DNA of 62,942 bases, the filler included, from Ministeria vibrans ATCC 50519 (taxonomy: Eukaryota; Protista; Filasterea): the NCBI GenBank assembly GCA_943704425.1. It is 5 parts of 5 records of this genome, joined end to end, with 100 filler letters (N's around TTAATTAATTAA, not from the genome) between each part and the next. Parts side by side here need not be neighbours in the genome. Positions count along the whole stretch, not along the records: positions 16,711 to 24,819 come from CALSCP010002637.1; positions 24,920 to 50,784 come from CALSCP010002661.1; 3 more parts are not named here. One strand, 5' to 3'. The notes beneath the pieces are model-generated. The model ran no database searches. It had not been told where the DNA came from and worked only from the letters and a program-made list of their open reading frames with translations. Shown one piece after another: positions 23,866 through 35,316 of the stretch. The translations under genes and the position numbers were made by a program. The stretch's first letter is position 1. Every line of letters begins with the position of its first letter.

Positions 23866-24815
23866 TTAAATTGTTTGGACGCCATTGCCATCGCGGAAGA
23901 TGAGAATGTCACCCTCGTTCGTCTCGCGCGTCCAATCCACTCCAATTCGCCCCACCAGCATCGACTGGAACGTCTTCGTCTTGGCCGAGTCGAGCTTGAG
24001 CAGACGACGTGCCAGTTCAACGGCAGTGATAGCCGTCTCGCCAGGACGAAACACAGCCTTGGCGGGTCCCAGTGCCTGAAGCAGCAGCTCAGTGAGACGC
24101 GTGAGCGACCCATCCTGGCTCATGTACGCAAACGAGTCGTTCAAGGACGCAGTGAGCACTTGGCGCGCATAGCCATTGAGAACGGTGTTTGTGCGCACTC
24201 CCATGAGATCATGTTCGGGCGCCACCATCGCACCCGAATTGCAAAAATCGGCAACACACAGAACATTGCACCCGCGCCAGCCCGCATCGTCAAAAACAAG
24301 CCCCGCAAGAGTGATCATGCCCAATCGTGAGAGTCGATCAGACGCGTTGAGACGCGCATCGCTGAGAATGAGACCCCCTTCGCCGTCCATCACACCATGG
24401 CCCAGTAAGTGCACAATCAGCAATGAGTTCTTCCCCGCACTCAACCCCACATCCTCCTCCAACTTCACCAGCGCATCAGCAATCGCTGAGCGGGTCACCT
24501 TCTGACCCGGCAGAGCATCGGTCACGGTGCGCACTTTGCAATTACGACCAGTCCACATGGCCTGCAGCTGAGTGACACTTGCGCGCACGCCATCCAGGTC
24601 GGGGTACTGTGCGATGGACTGTGTGGCAGGGTTGCCGCCAGTGTGGGCGTAGCGACTCACTCCAACAATGAGAACGGCTGCATCGGAGTATGTGGGCAAA
24701 ACAGCAAGAGCTACGGCAAAATACAGTGAGATACAACAACACAAGGTCGAGACGTCCTTTACTTACGTGCCGCGGGAATCCACCACGTCTCGAGTTCCAC
24801 ATTGCACACACGCGT
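23866..24815 (-). CDS. Caspase-like protease (clan CD, peptidase C14, prokaryotic orthocaspase-like); N-terminus runs into the gap
   Basis: AVLIVGVSRY, LDGVRASV, TRSAI, LIVHLLGHG (His), VADFCNSG (Cys), RQVLTAS, LTELLLQAL, ITAVEL. Confidence 0.78.
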
Positions 24816-24819
24816 GTGA

Positions 24820-24919
24820 NNNNNNNNNNNNNNNNNNNNNNNNNNNNNNNNNNNNNNNNNNNNTTAATTAATTAANNNNNNNNNNNNNNNNNNNNNNNNN
24901 NNNNNNNNNNNNNNNNNNN
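24820..24919. other. Artificial scaffold spacer
   Basis: N44-TTAATTAATTAA-N44. Confidence 0.97.
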
Positions 24920-24974
<55 letters not shown>

Positions 24975-25139
24975 TGATAGAGAGAGAGAGAGAGAAACAA
25001 AGAGATAGAGAGAGACAAAGTGGTTGAGAGAGAGTGATTGAGAGAGGGAGAAAGAACAAAGTGATAGAGAGAGAGAGAAAATGAAAGTAAGTAACACTAG
25101 CTGACAAAAACAGAAAATCATAACATGAAGAGACACGTA

Positions 25140-25551
25140 CAGAGTGGTTGAACGGGGCTCGGCGGGTGGAAAACCAAGAACAGTCACTTTGAAGGACTCT
25201 CCATCATAATCACCCTATGAACAGAAGTTGTATGGAAAATAATAAATGGCTACGATCTCCCGATGGTATTCGTACCTCTGCCAAAGCAAAACAGCCCTCG
25301 GTGAACAGTCCCATCGCGGGAGTGGCGTGCGTCAGATCCAACGGCACTGCCGCATTGCCATCTTCAAGATAGTAGCGTCCTTCCTCAATTTGTGACACCT
25401 ACCCTCTTTCTCGTTAGCCACCACATACACAGACAGAAAAACAGACACTCACGCAGAAAGACAAACACACACATAAGAGAGATAGACACACGCATAGAGG
25501 GATAGACACACACTCACTCACTCACTCACTCTCACTCGCCCTCCCTCCCTC

Positions 25552-25610
<59 letters not shown>

Positions 25611-26530
25611 AAGTACCATTCCAAAGATACACATGTTGTGCTGGACTGTGCCGTCTTCGTGGCTGGCCAGTCGCTCGAGCGGAGTCAGTTTGTAGTACGT
25701 GTGCTCGTCGTCTTCGCCGCCGCCGCCGCCGCCGTCTTGCATGCTCCCACGCAACCCAGACCCGTGGCGCGTGCCCACGACTGGCGGTGTAAACAGCGGG
25801 TGGCGCTGGATGCGTTGGTTGAGCATCTCAAATCGTTCCACAAACAGCGCTGTCTTGTCTTCAGGCGTAGCAAACATCTATCGAGACCCACACTCATCAC
25901 CTCAGTGCCTTTTCTCACTTGCAACCCTTTTCTCCTTACCACTTTGGACGATGACTGATCCAACGTGAACGTCTTCCTGTCTCGCAAATACACATACTTG
26001 GCTTGCTCAAATGCATCGACGACCGTAATGTACTTTTTAGTCACAAGCAGTCCAACCTGCCAAGCGCGAAGGTTAATGTCTCAGCGCATTGCTCGCCTCT
26101 CTCAGACTCACCTCCTCCTCTTGCTCCTTGTGCTCTGCAGCAATGGCATCGATGCACTCCCGCAGCGTGTCAACGTCAATGCAAAGCGTCGTCAAACCCT
26201 GACAGAAGAAACGACAAAAAAAAAAACAGGAAAGCGCGCGCAAAGATGAATATCAAAACAAAAGTGGACGTTTGAGCGTACCTTGGTCACGCGCTCAATC
26301 GTCAAATCCAGCGCATCAGACACAGCATCGTCGGGAATCTACACGGCAGGGGGAGGCGGGGCGCGCTAAGCGGTCTGCACAAGCGCACAAAGAGCGGCGC
26401 ACCGTACCGATTCAAACTGGTCCATCAGAAAGTCCATGGCGTCCTTTTTGAGCTGCAGCCCATGCGGCCTGAATGCTTTTATACACATCCGTCTTAGCCT
26501 CGAACGCCTTGCGCTGTCGGAGGCCATCAT
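25140..26530 (-). CDS. POLE2: DNA polymerase epsilon subunit B, 5' portion; truncated at gap
   Basis: AFRPHGLQLKKDA, VVDAFEQAKYVY, KTALFVERFEMLNQRIQRHPLF, EEGRYYLED, GLFTEGCFALAE, LGFPPAEPR. Confidence 0.92.
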
Positions 26531-26753
26531 GATGAGGCTAGGAACGAAATAAGAAATTGAATGAATGTTTTTTATAGTCAGATCGTCTTTCACCGAATTG
26601 ATCGACAGGGCAATACACGCGACTTTCATTAGGGCTGCCATTCTTCAGACAGTGTCGTGGACTTTGAGTCTCGTCATTTCAAACACAATATTTTGTAATT
26701 TTTTTACACCGAGAGAGACGTGTCTCACTCACTTTCGCTCACTCTGTCTCGAC

Positions 26754-27949
26754 TCAGTCGTCATCGGAATCCGAATCCACAAGCGACAGATTGATTCGAG
26801 TAGCAACGGGCGTTGCAGCTTGAAAGGATGGCGGGAGAGATGGAAGCGTCTTGGGACGCACCAGCAGAGTCGCCTGAGACGCACCACCCTTTGTGGCTCT
26901 CTCCCTAACCCTCGTGTCCTCCTCTGCTTTCTCATCAGCCTCCTCCTCATATTCTGCCTCGTCCACCTCGGCCACATCTGTCTCTCCAGACCCTTCTAGG
27001 GCCACCGCGGCGGGTTCTGCTGCTGCAGCGGCTCTGCGTGCTGCGTCCGAGTACAATCGTCCGCCCCTTATAAGTAGTTCAGTCGGGTAAGGCATAGACG
27101 TCGAGCCCAGCGGCAGCCCTGCTTGCCACCCAAACGGAGCTGCACTTGTGTTGCTTGTAAACTCCGCATAGTGTGTCAGTGTTGATGGGAGTATTCTCGC
27201 TGTAAACAATGGGATCGGGAGCAAGAGTGAGTGAGTGAGAGTTAGAGAGTGTGTATGTGCATGATCAAAAACAATACGCTCTCCTTCCCTGACCTTTATC
27301 TGCGGTACGAGCTTTTTCAAGCTGTTCACGGCCCGACCTGACTGCTGTCTCCAGGCCCAACGCAACGTCTTCAAGTTGAGCGACCATCTGTGCGACTTGT
27401 CGGTCGTTGGCGTCGCATTTGTTGCGCGTCTGAGCAATCCGCTGCTTCAGCGCCACCTGCTCTTTCACTGGGGGGTCAAAGCGAGTGTGTGTGTGAGAAA
27501 GAGAGAAAGCATACATGTATACAGGGGGGTTGAGCGGGCAAGAAGGGGATCGGAAAGCACAGCACAGTCAGTTCGTACGTTCTTCCAGCGCCTGTTTGAA
27601 GTTGGCGTCTGAGTGCACAACCGATTCGACCGCTCTGCGCACAGACGCCGGCAACGCAACATCCTCGTCGCGCAGGCCCTTCAACGTATCTGGAAATGAG
27701 TCGTCTGCGCCGGCCGAGGGTGCCGGTGGCGCAGCGTTGGAGACAGTCTGGCAATTCCGATGTGAGCAGCGCACACGAAGACTCTCTCTCTCTCTCTCTC
27801 TCTCACTCTACCTTGAGCGCCTCCATCAATCGGACAACGCTCGCCTCATACTCGCGCAATACACCTAACAGAGACATGCATGAAGGCGCCAGGAGGGGCG
27901 GTCAGGGGCGGTAGGAGGGCAGAGGGGAAGACGTACTCTCCGCGTTCAT
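26754..27949 (-). CDS. MED4: Mediator subunit MED4-like, multi-exon
   Basis: Coiled-coil N-terminal half, then LTHYAEFTSNTSAAPFGWQAG...PYPTELLIRGGRL (MED4 motif) and an acidic C-terminus DSDSDDD*. Confidence 0.78.
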
Positions 27950-28150
27950 AACATATAACGATCAAGGTACAGACACAAGGCAAGTCCACAAAGGCCAAAA
28001 GACGTGTATTGACGCACGTTGGAAGGGGGCGAGTAAATATATTGAAAATAATTAAGTTTGAAAAATTAGAAGAAGAAGACATAATAATTATTATTATATT
28101 ATTAGAAGAAGAAGAAGACATTCCAATTTGTAATCAGTCACAAACAAACA

Positions 28151-28191
28151 GCGACAACACAAACAGCTCAGAACCACTTTCTAAGCTACAG
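28151..28191 (+). repeat. 41-bp dispersed repeat, copy A
   Basis: gcgacaacacaaacagctcagaaccactttctaagctacag; reverse complement at 32769-32809 with 3 mismatches. Confidence 0.9.
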
Positions 28192-28548
28192 AAGCGTCGA
28201 GAGGAAGCGGAGACGAATAATTTTTAAGTGAAGAATATAATTATTATGATTGATAATAAATTGGAAATTCTAGTATTAATATTATTATTAATACAATGCT
28301 TCCCCCATAGGCTAATTGGTAATTTATTACTACTTGTAAAGGGGGAGATTTGGAAAAACACTATGCAACTGGCAACTATGAATAAATGAAACATTTAATT
28401 ATGTTTTTCTTCTACTTCAATTCATTTCATCCTGTATGATAAACATGTCCAAAAACTACTGACAAAAACGACGCGCGAACAACAAATAAGAAGGAAAAGT
28501 GAAACACCCAGAAGCGAAATGAATAATTAATAGGTTTACAGACGATTT

Positions 28549-29076
28549 TTACACTCGCGGAATGTTCAGTGTGATATTTTTCGGATCAATTGACTGCCGT
28601 GGTGCCGTGTCGTGGAGAGCAGGGCACAGCGATGGGGGAAGAAACTGACCAAACTGCGCGAGAAACTGTTCACGAGCGGCATTTTCGGCGTTCCAAAGAG
28701 CGTCAAGACGCTCTTGCGCAGCGCGTGCTTCATTTTCGCGCATGGTCTCGTCGTGCAGTCGACGCTCGAGCTCGACGAGCAGATGAGCATAGGATCGCTC
28801 AAAGTTGACATACCACTCGGTGAGCTTGTCCAGTTCGCTCGTGACGTTCCAGGCGCGCAGGCGATGCATTGCAATGCGGCGCTCAAGGGCACTGAGGCGG
28901 GCTGCAAGCGAGCGGGTCTCGCCCAGCACTGCCACGGCCAGCTCAACGGTACGACGAACTTGGGCAATGTCAGAGCGTGTCTGAGCACAGCGGGCCTCTG
29001 TGCCCGCATGAAGACGACGCAGGCGCTGCAGACACCCCGACGCGGTGCGCAGGTCGACCATAATGCGTGAGTTGGA

Positions 29077-29108
<32 letters not shown>

Positions 29109-29886
29109 TCCCCTCCTCCTCCTCCGGAACATTCTTGTCAGTCAGAGCAATGTCGTTTATTGCCGCCATTGTGTCTTGAAGGCCGTCAGTGAGCTGGCGC
29201 TCAAGAAGCGCTTCGCGTTTCTCTTGTGCCAGTTCATAGTTGTTGGCAAAGAGTGATGTGAGCGCGCGCATTTCCACCTCTCGCTGCACGGCAAACCCTT
29301 CGGGAAGACGCCGTTCAAGCATACACAGCGATTCGGCTTGCGATGCGGCACGCAGCAATTCATCCACACGTTCTCGCAGTTGGTCGCATGACCCCGTCCA
29401 TTCAGCAGTGTCGGCGTCGATACGTTCGAGGGCCACGTCAAATGTCTGTCGCAGCAGCGCAACCGACGACTCGTCCACCGCGTCATAGAGCGTTCTTTCC
29501 GCAGCCGCCACTTCAGCACCCCCCTCGTCTGCGTTGACGCTGCTGCTCTTGGTCACGACAACAGCGCTGCTAGAGGCGCTGTCGTCCATGTGCAGGATGG
29601 CGTCAGCGCGAAAGGATTCAGGCAAGTGAACCTGCTTGAGTGTCGCGAGCGCCTCATCGACATCACGGTCGGCACGACCTCTGCTGCGACGCAACGTGGC
29701 TGCCGACTCGCTGACGAGAATGCCGCGTTCGTGAAGCATCCCAGCGGCGTGTACGGCGGCGCGACACTTGAATGCGAGGACTGGCAGCAGTGCCAATCGA
29801 AGTTGCGTCTCAACGCGCCCCAGCAGCAGCGATCGGTCGTGGGACTGACGAGCCAGCTGGTGGGCCTCATCGAGGATGCCTTCCAT
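28549..29886 (-). CDS. ATG17: Atg17-like autophagy scaffold (coiled coil)
   Basis: C-terminal ELDKLTEWYVNFERSYAHLLVELERR...ENAAREQFLAQFGQFLPPSLCPAL is the Atg17/Atg11-family signature. Start uncertain because of a 10-N gap at 29966-29975. Confidence 0.78.
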
Positions 29887-30478
29887 GGACACACACACAC
29901 ACACAGAGAGACAACAGGCACCTGATTGGCCGCTCCGGCATCCGCGCGCTCCACTCGACGGTCCCNNNNNNNNNNGATGGTGCGTGTCGTACGCGAGCGT
30001 GCACACGATGTGAGAGAGAGTGTGAGTGAGAGAGAGAGTGTGTGTTTGAGAGTGTGTGTGTGAGAGAGAGATTGTGTGCGTGTGTGAGTGTGTGTATCAA
30101 AGAAGGGTAAGTAAGGAGTATTTAGAAAGAAAGAGAAAAGACAAAGTATTAGAAGAAGAAGAAGAAGAAGACAAAAATAATTATAATACAACCCATTTAT
30201 TAATGATACAGTCAACAAAAATAATTATATTAAATACGAGGAGTTATGTGAAGAAGAAGAATAACTTCCAATTTATGTGGAATAATTGTGAATAAAGAAT
30301 GCAAATTGCAAAGACTGCTACTGGATAGACAGACGTGAGACGAGACTTACTCGACTGACTCGAGTGATCAGAAAATTGTGGCAAAACTGAAACATTGTCG
30401 TTTCACAGTGTTGACATAACAAATTTGATTTCTGTACGTTATACAAAGAAGTGATTATTTATTAATAAGTGTTTGAGT

Positions 30479-31924
30479 TCATGGTTGAAAAGGAAAGGGA
30501 TGAAAGGGAGTTGGCGGGATCCAGCGAGAGGAGGAAGGGGAGTTTAGGTGGCGCTGAGGCTGCCCGGCTGGGCTTGCTGAGTTGAAAATGTACATTTGGA
30601 AGATGTGAGGAGAGTCGGACGATAACGACGGGGAGTAAGTGGAAGGAGTAGTCGTTGTGGTGAAGGTCATCAGGGGGGAGGGGTGGGGGTAATGGTGAGG
30701 GACTGGAACGAAGGAATACGGTGGGACTGGGGCTGTTGCGACTGCCGCTGGTGGAGCGGGTGGTGGCAGAGAGGGCGACGGGGTGACCGATTGGAGCAGC
30801 TGGGGCGGTTGGGAGCGACGGGTGGTTGATGGGGTGGTGCTGGGCGCGCTTGGTTTGGCGGAGAGGAAGCGCGGAGCGGAGTCGGTCGAGTCGCGCGAGG
30901 GTCGTTTCGGACGATAGGTGAGGAGAAAGCGGGATTTGCGACGGCGCTTCTTGCGGGCGTTGCGACGGGAACGAGAGATGGTCCAGTTGTCGTCGTCGTC
31001 GTCGAGTGCTTCGTCGGCGGCGGCATCGATGAACTCCTCGTCGTCTTCGAGGTCGTCTTCGTCGCTGTCAACGAGCGCGGTCGGCAGCGCGTTGTCAACA
31101 GACACCGTCGTGTTTGCTGGTGTGGTGTTGGCCGTGTTGGGTGCGCCCAGCGAGGAGGGGCTGGCGCGGTGTTGGTGAAATCTTTGCGGTTGTGTCGATG
31201 GTGGGTTGCAGGAAGAAGAGATCTGCGGTAGTTCAGGTTGTGATGCGGGCGCCGTGGTGCGAAGAGCGGGAGCTGTGGGGAGATCCACGCCTAAGGCCTG
31301 GCCCAGTTCGAGGACGCGTTGGTGTCGTCGTTCGAGAGCGTTGATGTCGGCAGAATAGCGACGACGTTTGGTTGCACTTGGCGGAGCGCCCTTTGGTGTT
31401 GCTGCAGGCGGGGGCGTCGCAGGAGTCTCGAACGGATCACCCGGTGCTGGTAACGACTCGTGAGAGATCGAATGAGGTCGGGGGAGGTTGTCAGTGGCGA
31501 AAGCAGATCGGGTTGATATGGCGAAATTCGAATTTGCCGTTCGCCAGGGAAAGCCTATCGCTTCGAGTCGAAGCCGGTGGCGCGGACCCAGTTGTTGCGC
31601 ATGGTACAACTGTCGCTGGGCGGCGATCCACGAGGGCAGGCCTGAAGCGGACTCCTGTTCCGCTGCGAATTCCAAATTCCCAAAACGAGCTCGAAGAGCC
31701 AACAGCTCCACAAAACGCTCTCGCCATGCAAAATCCGACGCAGGTAGGTCCAGCAAGAGCGCCTCTTGGCCGGGCTCAAGGGGTGTGTTGGGAGATATCC
31801 TAAACGGCGGTTCCTCCAATTGTTTTCGCGCGCACAGAAAACCGTCTGTGCCGTCGCTCTCGCTTGCTGCACCGCCCCACGCGCCCGATTCCTCAGGAAC
31901 CTCTTCCAGCATGCCATGCGACAT
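30479..31924 (-). CDS. Intronless protein with one helicase-associated (HA) domain, acidic/basic patch and P/S-rich disorder
   Basis: WRERFVELLALRARFG...LPSWIAAQRQLYHAQQLGPRHRLRLEAIGFPW matches the HA repeat; NLS-like RKKRRRK. Confidence 0.75.
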   Translation of the reverse strand: MSHGMLEEVPEESGAWGGAASESDGTDGFLCARKQLEEPPFRISPNTPLEPGQEALLLDLPASDFAWRERFVELLALRARFGNLEFAAEQESASGLPSWIAAQRQLYHAQQLGPRHRLRLEAIGFPWRTANSNFAISTRSAFATDNLPRPHSISHESLPAPGDPFETPATPPPAATPKGAPPSATKRRRYSADINALERRHQRVLELGQALGVDLPTAPALRTTAPASQPELPQISSSCNPPSTQPQRFHQHRASPSSLGAPNTANTTPANTTVSVDNALPTALVDSDEDDLEDDEEFIDAAADEALDDDDDNWTISRSRRNARKKRRRKSRFLLTYRPKRPSRDSTDSAPRFLSAKPSAPSTTPSTTRRSQPPQLLQSVTPSPSLPPPAPPAAVATAPVPPYSFVPVPHHYPHPSPLMTFTTTTTPSTYSPSLSSDSPHIFQMYIFNSASPAGQPQRHLNSPSSSRWIPPTPFHPFPFQP

Positions 31925-32768
31925 GGTGAAAAGACAAGTGAGGCGCCTGGGAGCTTTCGATCCGCTTACGGTTCCTTTTTTTTTTCTTTTTTTCTCTCTC
32001 CTGCGGATTCCTTCACGCGCTGTTGCGAGTGATATGCGCAAGAATGTACCGTAGATAGGTCAGAGTCTAGAGGAGGAGGAAGGTAGGGAAGAGAGTGAGG
32101 CGCGATGGGCGATATTGGGGAAATGGGGTTTGAGCGGTTTCGATTCTTACGTGTCACACGGTGCAAATCCAATAAAGCGACTTTTACACTTTGGGGGCAG
32201 CAAAAGAGCGCTGAAAGACCAAGGAGCACGGGGAAGTCACGTCAAATCGCCAAGTGGTGATCTTGTGCAAGAAAGAGCCAGGAGACGTGGCGACGAACAG
32301 AGTGAGAGGTAATAATTATTGTAACTTTAGAAGTCAGAAGACCTTATCGCGTCTCAAAGCGTTGAGGTCGCTTTCTTGAAAAGGAGCTCAGAGATCAGAG
32401 TGTCAGACTGTCAGAAATGTGAAAAATCAAATGTCAAATGTCAGATCACAGGTGTTAGCTGCCAGATTCTCAGATTCAGAAATCAGACTTAGGTCGCACT
32501 GCGGTCCGTCGGGGGCTAGTTACAAATTCGTTACAAATTCGTTACAAAAAGTAAAACTGAAATAATTGTGATAATGTGATTGAACGTCCATTGGAGCTCG
32601 CGATCAAATGATACTATGTGTCTTCTCGTGGTGAGTGGTGACTGTATCATCTAATAAATGGGTTGTATTCTTTTTCTTCTTCAGATGATACTAATTAACT
32701 TGTCTGGCCGAAGTCAACCTGTCCGCGCTCCCTTGATTCTCCTGAGTCCAGACAGAGTCCTGTTTCTC

Positions 32769-32809
32769 CTGTAGCTTAGAAAGTGGTTCTCAGCTGATTG
32801 TGTTATCGC
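32769..32809 (-). repeat. 41-bp dispersed repeat, copy B (inverted relative to copy A)
   Basis: ctgtagcttagaaagtggttctcagctgattgtgttatcgc. Confidence 0.9.
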
Positions 32810-33421
32810 ACGCTTTTGAAGATAATTATGAATTATTATTGATCTATTTTTTATGATTAATTTATTGTACAATGCACCACTCAAATGGTGGGCTGCTCAG
32901 ACAACTGCCTGGTGCCCTGGTCATCTTGGGACGACTATCAGATAATACTATTAATTAATATTGCTTGTTATCCCAGCTGGGAGGTAAATATTCTGTATAT
33001 ATATATTATATATATATGGTCTTGTATATAAATTATAAAAATTAATATTATTATACTTGAAAACTAATTCCAACGTCATTCCGAATTGATCCGCATATAT
33101 TGGTTCGTGACCACTTGCTTGCACTTTAATGCAGATCCTCGTTGACTTTTAAAGCAGATTTTTCCGTAGAGAGAGAAATGTAGTGAAAGAGAGTACGAAA
33201 TAATAAAGAATAGTGATAGAGAGAGAGAGGGAAAAAAAGTAGTAGGAATGAAAACGAATTACAAAGCGATAGATAGTGATAGAAAAAGAGAGAGAGCGAG
33301 AGAGAGAGAGAGAAAGAGAGAAGCAAAGCGATAGTGAGTAGAAAACGTACGTCTTGTTCAAAAATAATATCAATACAACCCGACGTTTTTTATAGGACGA
33401 ATTAGGGAGGGGGTTGTTTGT

Positions 33422-35245
33422 TCAGCGCTCTGCCCAGTCTCGCGGGCTCAGCAGGACATCGAGCAGTTCGCGTTCGGGGGATCCAGCCGCGGGCTCGTGC
33501 ATGTACTCCCAGCGGGCAGTGAGGGGCAACGACATGAGCACGGATTCGATGCGAGCGCCGGGGGTGAGGAGGCCAAATTTGGTGCCTCGGTCGTGGACCA
33601 GGTTGAACTCGACGTAGCGACCGCGCCGGATCTGCTGCCACGCGTGCTGGTCGTTGGTAAAGGGGTCGTCGCGGTGTCTCTCGACAATAGGCACGTACGC
33701 AGGCAGGAAGCTGTCGAGGGAGTCACGGCAGACGGCGAGCAGGCGCAGCGGCGCGCGATCGCAGAGGTCGTCAAAGAAGACGCCGCCAATGCCCCGTCGC
33801 TCCCCATTGCGGTGTGTGTTAGTAAAGTAAGTGTCGCACCATTCTTTGAAGCGTGGGTAAAAAGCCCGGTCGTGCTTGTCGAGTGCCGCCGCTAGCACAC
33901 TGTGAAAATGTTTCTATGCAATACAGTGAAAATCATTGGGGTAATGTGTAAGCGAATGGTAATGGCTCTTACTGCATCGTCTTTGTCAAGGTACGCCGGC
34001 GTAAGGTCTGCTCCGCCACCAAACCACCATATCTTGGGACGCGATCCGTCTTCTGAGGCGGGAATCTCAAAGTAGCGGTAGTTAAAGTGGGTGGTGGGCA
34101 CAAACGGATTGTGTGCGTGCATGACAGCTGGAACAATACGTACATGTCACTTGAATGTCACTATCACTCTCACTCCCTCTGACTCTTACAACTAATTCCA
34201 CAGGCAAAGAAGGGCAGTGCCTCGTTCTCGGGCAGTGCCTTGTGGTGTGTACGCATAATTTTTACCGCCTGAGCCGGCAGAGTGCCCATCACAACACTCA
34301 CATTCACTCCGGCCTACACATACACTCTGTCAACCACCAATTATCTCCTCTCTCATATATTCGCTGTATGACAAGGTACCTTTTCAAAGACCTTCCCGCC
34401 TTGCAGGACACAACTGATGCCACCTCCGCCTTGTGTTCGTTGCCAGCGGTCCACTTGAAACGTGCCCTCGCCGTCAATTTCTTCAATACGATCGCATATC
34501 TTCCGCTGTCCTTCTAGAACCATGTCTTCCATCAACGCTTGCATGTCGACCATGCTGTCGTCTGCCTTGCCACCCCCTTGGCGTTTGTGCTCGACGCTTA
34601 GCCGTTGTGACAGATTTGGTGTGAGTGCCTCCGCCTTGTACCTTTGGTGTGAGCTGAGAAAAAAAAAAAGCATACAAAAGAGTTTACGATTCAAATCTAG
34701 TCCGACTAGTCAAAAGTGTGGAGAGTGAATTTGGCTGCCGTGGCATTGGCGTTCGGTCAGTCGGACTTCAACGATGACGGTGTCTGACACAGAACCGCTT
34801 CGCTCGCCTTGCGCTCACTTAACGATACATAACACCACCCACGGCGCAGAGATATATAAACATGAACACAGCATGGTATAAATGGAACAAACGAAATAGC
34901 TGCAAACACCGCTGGTGCAGTGTGCGAGATCGGCTTTAGGTGTCCAATGGGTTCTTCGCATCTTACGCAGACACTCGTCGACTCGAAGGGTTTCTCAGTT
35001 CGTAGAAGATGGCCGCGCCCGCGACAGCCACCGCTGCAACTGTAGCCCATCGTTCAGAGGGTGTGCGTGGCTGAGGAATGCGTCTGTGCGATGGGAAGAG
35101 AGTAAGCGAAATGTGTGCGAAGAATCGGATGACATTATGTGGCTCAGTACGTTGACATCGATCGAGAAGGCGCGCAAAGGGATCGCGGTGCCACGCGAGC
35201 GCATAGTCTCACGGAGCGTAAGCAAGCACTTGACGTTCGAAGCAT
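33422..35245 (-). CDS. CPOX: Oxygen-dependent coproporphyrinogen III oxidase with mitochondrial presequence and TM segment
   Basis: [73 protein letters not shown]. Inferred 5' exons [17 protein letters not shown]... and [16 protein letters not shown]. Confidence 0.93.
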
Positions 35246-35316
35246 TACAGAAGAAGAAAAAATTTAGTTTCATGTGAGTTGACTTGATTCAAATCACTTT
35301 CAATTTTTAACCATTA

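Noticed and set aside
23866-26530. POLE2-caspase fusion (similarly CDK-ABCB7 across 16611-16710)
   Set aside because: Same strand but separated by artificial gaps; the missing halves cannot fit in 100 nt.
32519-32548. 11-bp tandem repeat GTTACAAATTC, about 2.7 copies
   Set aside because: Too short, with no associated structure.
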